A DNA stretch of 64,000 nucleotides from NCBI GenBank assembly GCA_963826115.1, contig CAWGVS010000005.1, positions 1,376,001-1,440,000 on the forward strand, written 5' to 3'. Shown here piece by piece: positions 60,106 through 64,000 of this stretch. This stretch comes from an uncultured Candidatus Rokubacteria bacterium. Its GTDB lineage: Bacteria > Methylomirabilota > Methylomirabilia > Rokubacteriales > DASRDR01. A program made the position numbers and the translations under genes. The stretch's first letter is position 1; each line of letters opens with the position of its first letter. The notes under the pieces were generated by a model. That model was not told the DNA's origin. It made no database searches and worked only from the letters and a program-made list of their open reading frames with translations.

Positions 60106-60969
60106 TCACCAGGACACGCAGACGATCGCGGCGAGCGTCACGACGGCGCCGGCCGTCTGGCGCGCCGTGAGCCGCTCTCTCAGCAGCAGGCACGCCAGCA
60201 ACACGGTCGACGCGGGGTAGAGGGAGGACAGCACGCCGGCCACGTCCAGCCGGCCGGCCCGGGCGGCCAGCACGAAGAACGCGTTCCCGCCGGTGTCGAG
60301 CAGGCCGGCCAGGCACGTGAGCCCGAGCGCCGACCGTCCCGGCATCCGGAGCGCTCCCATCGCGCCGCCCACCACGCCCAGTACGGCCATCGAGGTCGCC
60401 CGCGCCGCGGTCAGGGGCCACAGGACCGTCGCCCCGCCCGCCTGGTGGATGAACACGAGGAACAGCCCGAAGCTCGCCCCCGCCAAGGCCGGCAGCCAGA
60501 GCTCCCGGAGCGCAGTCCGCCCGGGCCCACCGCCGGCCGAGGTGAGCAGCCACACGCCGGCCAGGGCCAGGGCGAAGCCGAGGAAGCGGAGCGGACCCGG
60601 CGAGCCGTGAAGCGCGGTCCCCACCAGCACGGGCACGACGGCGCCGACGACGCCCGACACGGGCGCCGCGATTCCCATGCGCCCCGACGCCAGCGCCGAG
60701 TAGAGGGCCAGAAGGCCGAAGGCGCCGTTGGCGCCGGCGAGGGCAGCCCACCCGAGCTGGCCGATGGACGGCGCCGCCTCCTGCATCGCCACCGCGAGCA
60801 CGACGAGGAGCGCGATCCCCACCGCCTGCGACGCGACGACCACGCCGGCGGCGGGCGCCCGCCGGCTCGCCAGGCCGCCGCTGAAGTCCCCGGCTCCCCA
60901 GCTCGCGGCCGAGGCGAGCCCGAGCGTGACCGACCCGAGCCCGCCCGCTCCCGCCGGCTCGCCCGTCAC
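60106..60969 (-). CDS. DMT/EamA family transporter
   Basis: About 10 TM helices, WG.GDF.GG, SLYP..TVLL...LLRE. Confidence 0.88.
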   Translation of the reverse strand: MTGEPAGAGGLGSVTLGLASAASWGAGDFSGGLASRRAPAAGVVVASQAVGIALLVVLAVAMQEAAPSIGQLGWAALAGANGAFGLLALYSALASGRMGIAAPVSGVVGAVVPVLVGTALHGSPGPLRFLGFALALAGVWLLTSAGGGPGRTALRELWLPALAGASFGLFLVFIHQAGGATVLWPLTAARATSMAVLGVVGGAMGALRMPGRSALGLTCLAGLLDTGGNAFFVLAARAGRLDVAGVLSSLYPASTVLLACLLLRERLTARQTAGAVVTLAAIVCVSW

Positions 60970-60987
60970 GGGGCGACGGCTCCCGTT

Positions 60988-62622
60988 CTAGTGGATCGAG
61001 AAGTCCTCGGCCTTCTCCGTGATGAACTCGAGGAGCGCCGGGACGCCTTCCTCGGTCTTGCGGATCGCCCGGCGGATGGCGGGGACGATCTCCGAGGGCT
61101 CGGTGACGCGCTCGCCGTGGCCGCCGAAGGCCTTGGCCATGTCGGCGTAGTGGCCGGAGATGTCGGTGCTCCGGTACTTCTCGGTCGACACCTTCATGAT
61201 CTTGAGCTCGATCGCCATCGAGAAGTTGTTGAGGAGCACGGACAGGATCGGGATCCGCTCGCGCACCGCGGTCTCGAAGTCCATCCCGGTGAAGCCGATG
61301 GCGGCGTCGCCCCAGACGTTGATGCACAGCTTGTCCGGGTGGGCGAGCTTCGCGCCCATGGCGAGCCCGAGGCCGTAGCCGAGCTGCGTCGTCTTCCCCC
61401 AGCCGATGTAGGACAGGGGCGTGGTGCACTCCCAGAACGGCGAGAGCTGATCGCGCGGGCTGCCGGCGTCGTGGGTGATGATCGTCCGGGAGACGTCCAC
61501 GGTGTGCATGAGATCCCAGATCACCCGGTACGGGGACAGCGGCTTGGTCGCCTGCGTGAGGCGCGGCATCCACTGGCCGAGCCACGCGGACTTCGCGTCG
61601 CGGATCCGCTCGGTCACGGATCCCGACCGCCCGCGCGGCTTCCCGTGGAGCCGGTCCTTGATCTCCACGAGGAGCGCGTCCAGGACCAGGCCCGAGTCGC
61701 CGATCAGCGCGTGGTCCGCCCGCAGGTCCTTCGAGAGATCGGCGGGGTCGATGGTCGAGTGGATGATCCGCTTCCCGCGCGGCATCTTCACCCCGTAGTT
61801 CGTGGTCGAGAAGCTGCAGCCGATCCCGAAGATCACGTCGGCGTCATCCAGGAACTGCCGCACGGCCTTCGGCACCGAGCGCCCGCCCGAGCCGAGCGAC
61901 AGCGCGTGGTTCTCCGGGAACGCGCTCTTCCCCTCGAGGCTCGTGGTGACCGGGCACTCCAGGAGCTCCGCGAGGGCGCGCAGAGCCTCCCACGCCTTCG
62001 CGTAGTGGACGCCCTGGCCCGCATAGATGACCGGCCGCTCGGCCGCCACCAGGACGCGGGCCACCTCGCTGACCGCCACCGGGTCCGGGCCAATGCGCGT
62101 CCGGAGGGCCGGCACGTAGTCGAGCGGCTCCGGCACCTCCTCGGTCATGAGGTCGACCGGGATCTCGACGAGGACCGGCCGCGGCCGTCCATTCCGCACC
62201 TGCGTGAACGCCCGCCGCATCGCGTCGGGGATCGTGTCGGCCATGACCACCTGCTCGGCCGACTTCACGACGTGCTGGTAGTTCAGGAAGGCGTTGAAGT
62301 TCGGCGGGACGTTGGTCAGGCGGCGCGGGTAGCCGCCGGGGATCACCACGATGGGCACCGAGTCGGCGTAGGCCTGGGCCACGCCGCCGAACGAGTTCTC
62401 CACGCCCGGGCCGTGCTGCATGGCGAACACGCCGATGCGGTCGCCGGAGGTGACCCGGCTCACCGCGTCCGCCATGTGGAGCCCGGTGCGCTCCTGGCGG
62501 ACGATGATCGTCCGGATGTCGGCCTGCGCGGAGGCCTCGATGACGGTGTTGACCGGGTACCCGATCAGGAACTGCACTCCCTCGCGCTTCAGGATCTCGG
62601 CGACGGCGGCGGCGCCCTTCAT
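60988..62622 (-). CDS. Thiamine-diphosphate-dependent enzyme (acetolactate synthase-like family)
   Basis: RQE catalytic Glu, HGPG, RP.PV..EIP.D, GDAA....NN ThDP motif; GAGGAGG RBS. Confidence 0.9.
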   Translation of the reverse strand: MKGAAAVAEILKREGVQFLIGYPVNTVIEASAQADIRTIIVRQERTGLHMADAVSRVTSGDRIGVFAMQHGPGVENSFGGVAQAYADSVPIVVIPGGYPRRLTNVPPNFNAFLNYQHVVKSAEQVVMADTIPDAMRRAFTQVRNGRPRPVLVEIPVDLMTEEVPEPLDYVPALRTRIGPDPVAVSEVARVLVAAERPVIYAGQGVHYAKAWEALRALAELLECPVTTSLEGKSAFPENHALSLGSGGRSVPKAVRQFLDDADVIFGIGCSFSTTNYGVKMPRGKRIIHSTIDPADLSKDLRADHALIGDSGLVLDALLVEIKDRLHGKPRGRSGSVTERIRDAKSAWLGQWMPRLTQATKPLSPYRVIWDLMHTVDVSRTIITHDAGSPRDQLSPFWECTTPLSYIGWGKTTQLGYGLGLAMGAKLAHPDKLCINVWGDAAIGFTGMDFETAVRERIPILSVLLNNFSMAIELKIMKVSTEKYRSTDISGHYADMAKAFGGHGERVTEPSEIVPAIRRAIRKTEEGVPALLEFITEKAEDFSIH

Positions 62623-62770
62623 CGATGGCCTCCTCGGGGCAAAGGTGACGACGGCACGGGCGGATGATAGCACGCCGATCGCGCCGCAAACCGGCGTGCT
62701 ACACTACCGATCACACCAGCAGCCGGGGCGGCTCGAGACTCAGGCGCCGCGTGCGCCAGCGAGGACGACG

Positions 62771-63841
62771 ATGGCTCACCCGATCCGGATCATCCGCGCG
62801 ACCGAGCGGAAGCCCAAGCCGAAGGACTCCGAGCTGGGCTTCGGCACCGTCTTCACCGACCACATGTTCGTGGCGGACTTCCAGGAGGAGAAGGGCTGGT
62901 ACGATCCGCGGATCGAGCCGTACGGCCCGCTCTCGCTGGACCCGGCGGCCGCCGTCCTCCACTACGCGCAGGCGATCTTCGACGGGCTCAAGGCCTTCCG
63001 CGGCAAGGACGGCCGGGTGCGCCTCTTCCGGCCCCAGAAGCACATCGCGCGGATGAACCACTCGGCCCGCCGCCTCTGCATCCCGGAGCTCGATCCCGAG
63101 CTCGGCCTCCAGTCGCTCGTGGAGCTGGTGCGCGTCGAGCAGGACTGGGTGCCGTCGAGCGTCGGCACCGCGCTCTACCTCCGGCCCACGATCATCGCCA
63201 GCGAGCCGTTCCTCGGCGTCCGCCCGGCCAAGCAGTACGTCTACTTCGTGATCCTGTCGCCGGTCGGCGCCTACTACAAGGAAGGCATGAACCCCGTCAA
63301 GATCCGCGTCGAGGACAAGTACGTCCGGGCCGCGGAGGGCGGGACGGGCGGCGCCAAGACCGGTGGCAACTACGCGGGGAGCCTGCTGGCCGCCGAGGAG
63401 GCGCACCACGACGGCTTCACGCAGGTGCTGTGGCTGGACGGCGCCCAGCGGAAGTACGTGGACGAGGTCGGCACGATGAACATCATGATGCGGATCGGCG
63501 ACGAGGTGCTGACGCCCCCGCTCACGACCGGCACCATCCTCCCCGGCGTGACGCGCGACTCGGTGCTGACGCTGCTCCGCGAGTGGGGCGTCCGCGTGTC
63601 CGAGCGGCCGATCGCGATCGACGAGGTGATCCAGGCCGCCCACCGCGGCACGCTCCGCGAGGTCTGGGGCACCGGCACCGCCGCGGTGATCTCGCCGGTC
63701 GGCGAGCTCGCCTACAAGGGCGAGCGTCTCGTCATCGGCAGCGGGCAGATCGGCGAGCTGACGCGGAAGCTCTACGACGCCATCGTGGACGTCCAGTACG
63801 CGCGGGTGCCGGACACCCGCGGGTGGACCGTCGCGATCTGA
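62771..63841 (+). CDS. ilvE: Branched-chain amino acid aminotransferase
   Basis: FG.VFTDHM, LHYAQ.IF.GLKA, LYLRP, AKTGGNYA, DEVGTMN, ILPGVTRDS, GTGTAAVI.PV. Confidence 0.96.
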   Translation: MAHPIRIIRATERKPKPKDSELGFGTVFTDHMFVADFQEEKGWYDPRIEPYGPLSLDPAAAVLHYAQAIFDGLKAFRGKDGRVRLFRPQKHIARMNHSARRLCIPELDPELGLQSLVELVRVEQDWVPSSVGTALYLRPTIIASEPFLGVRPAKQYVYFVILSPVGAYYKEGMNPVKIRVEDKYVRAAEGGTGGAKTGGNYAGSLLAAEEAHHDGFTQVLWLDGAQRKYVDEVGTMNIMMRIGDEVLTPPLTTGTILPGVTRDSVLTLLREWGVRVSERPIAIDEVIQAAHRGTLREVWGTGTAAVISPVGELAYKGERLVIGSGQIGELTRKLYDAIVDVQYARVPDTRGWTVAI

Positions 63842-63922
63842 CCCGCCCTTCCCCCGGGCCGGGACGCTCGCGTCCCCGCGCCGCCGCGCGTCGACGCCCG
63901 GGATCGCGCTCGGAGGTCGCTC

Positions 63923-64000
63923 ATGGCGTATGAAGGCCCGCGGTCCCATCGCCCGCTGATCATCGGACGGCGGGGCGCCGTCGCGTCGAACCACCCGCTC
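63923..64000 (+). CDS. Gamma-glutamyltransferase family protein (5' fragment)
   Basis: MAYEGPRSHRPLIIGRRGAVASNHPL matches the GGT N-terminal R..G.VAS.HPLA pattern; GGAGG RBS. Confidence 0.7.
   Translation, partial: MAYEGPRSHRPLIIGRRGAVASNHPL

Overview
A very GC-rich (~70%) bacterial chromosomal window, densely coded with about 60 genes. The style (solute-binding proteins, TTT transporter, CoA-transferase, GGGGTCAGGCC repeats) suggests a soil bacterium such as Rokubacteria/Methylomirabilota; this is inference only. Housekeeping genes include ispG, miaB, leuC, leuD, ilvE, an AlaX editing protein and an Fpg-like glycosylase, mixed with many catabolic and transport genes (peptide-type ABC systems, tctCBA, prpB/prpD, a fused E1 dehydrogenase, two ureohydrolases). 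I saw no rRNA, tRNA, CRISPR array or transposase. Highlights: (1) a GrdB/PrdB-family selenoprotein (40833-41741, minus) split by the ORF caller at an in-frame UGA in a U-x-x-C motif, followed by a SECIS-like hairpin and overlapping a CoA-transferase, with no other reductase subunits nearby; (2) a dispersed REP-like inverted-repeat family; (3) a GAF protein with a possible divergent nucleotidyl-cyclase C-terminus; (4) a QseE/QseG-like kinase-lipoprotein pair with an amplified C-terminal repeat and a sigma54-like promoter; (5) a collagen-like protein operon with spermidine-synthase-like genes; (6) back-to-back relics of two surface-protein genes. All calls come from reading motifs by eye; no database search was run.
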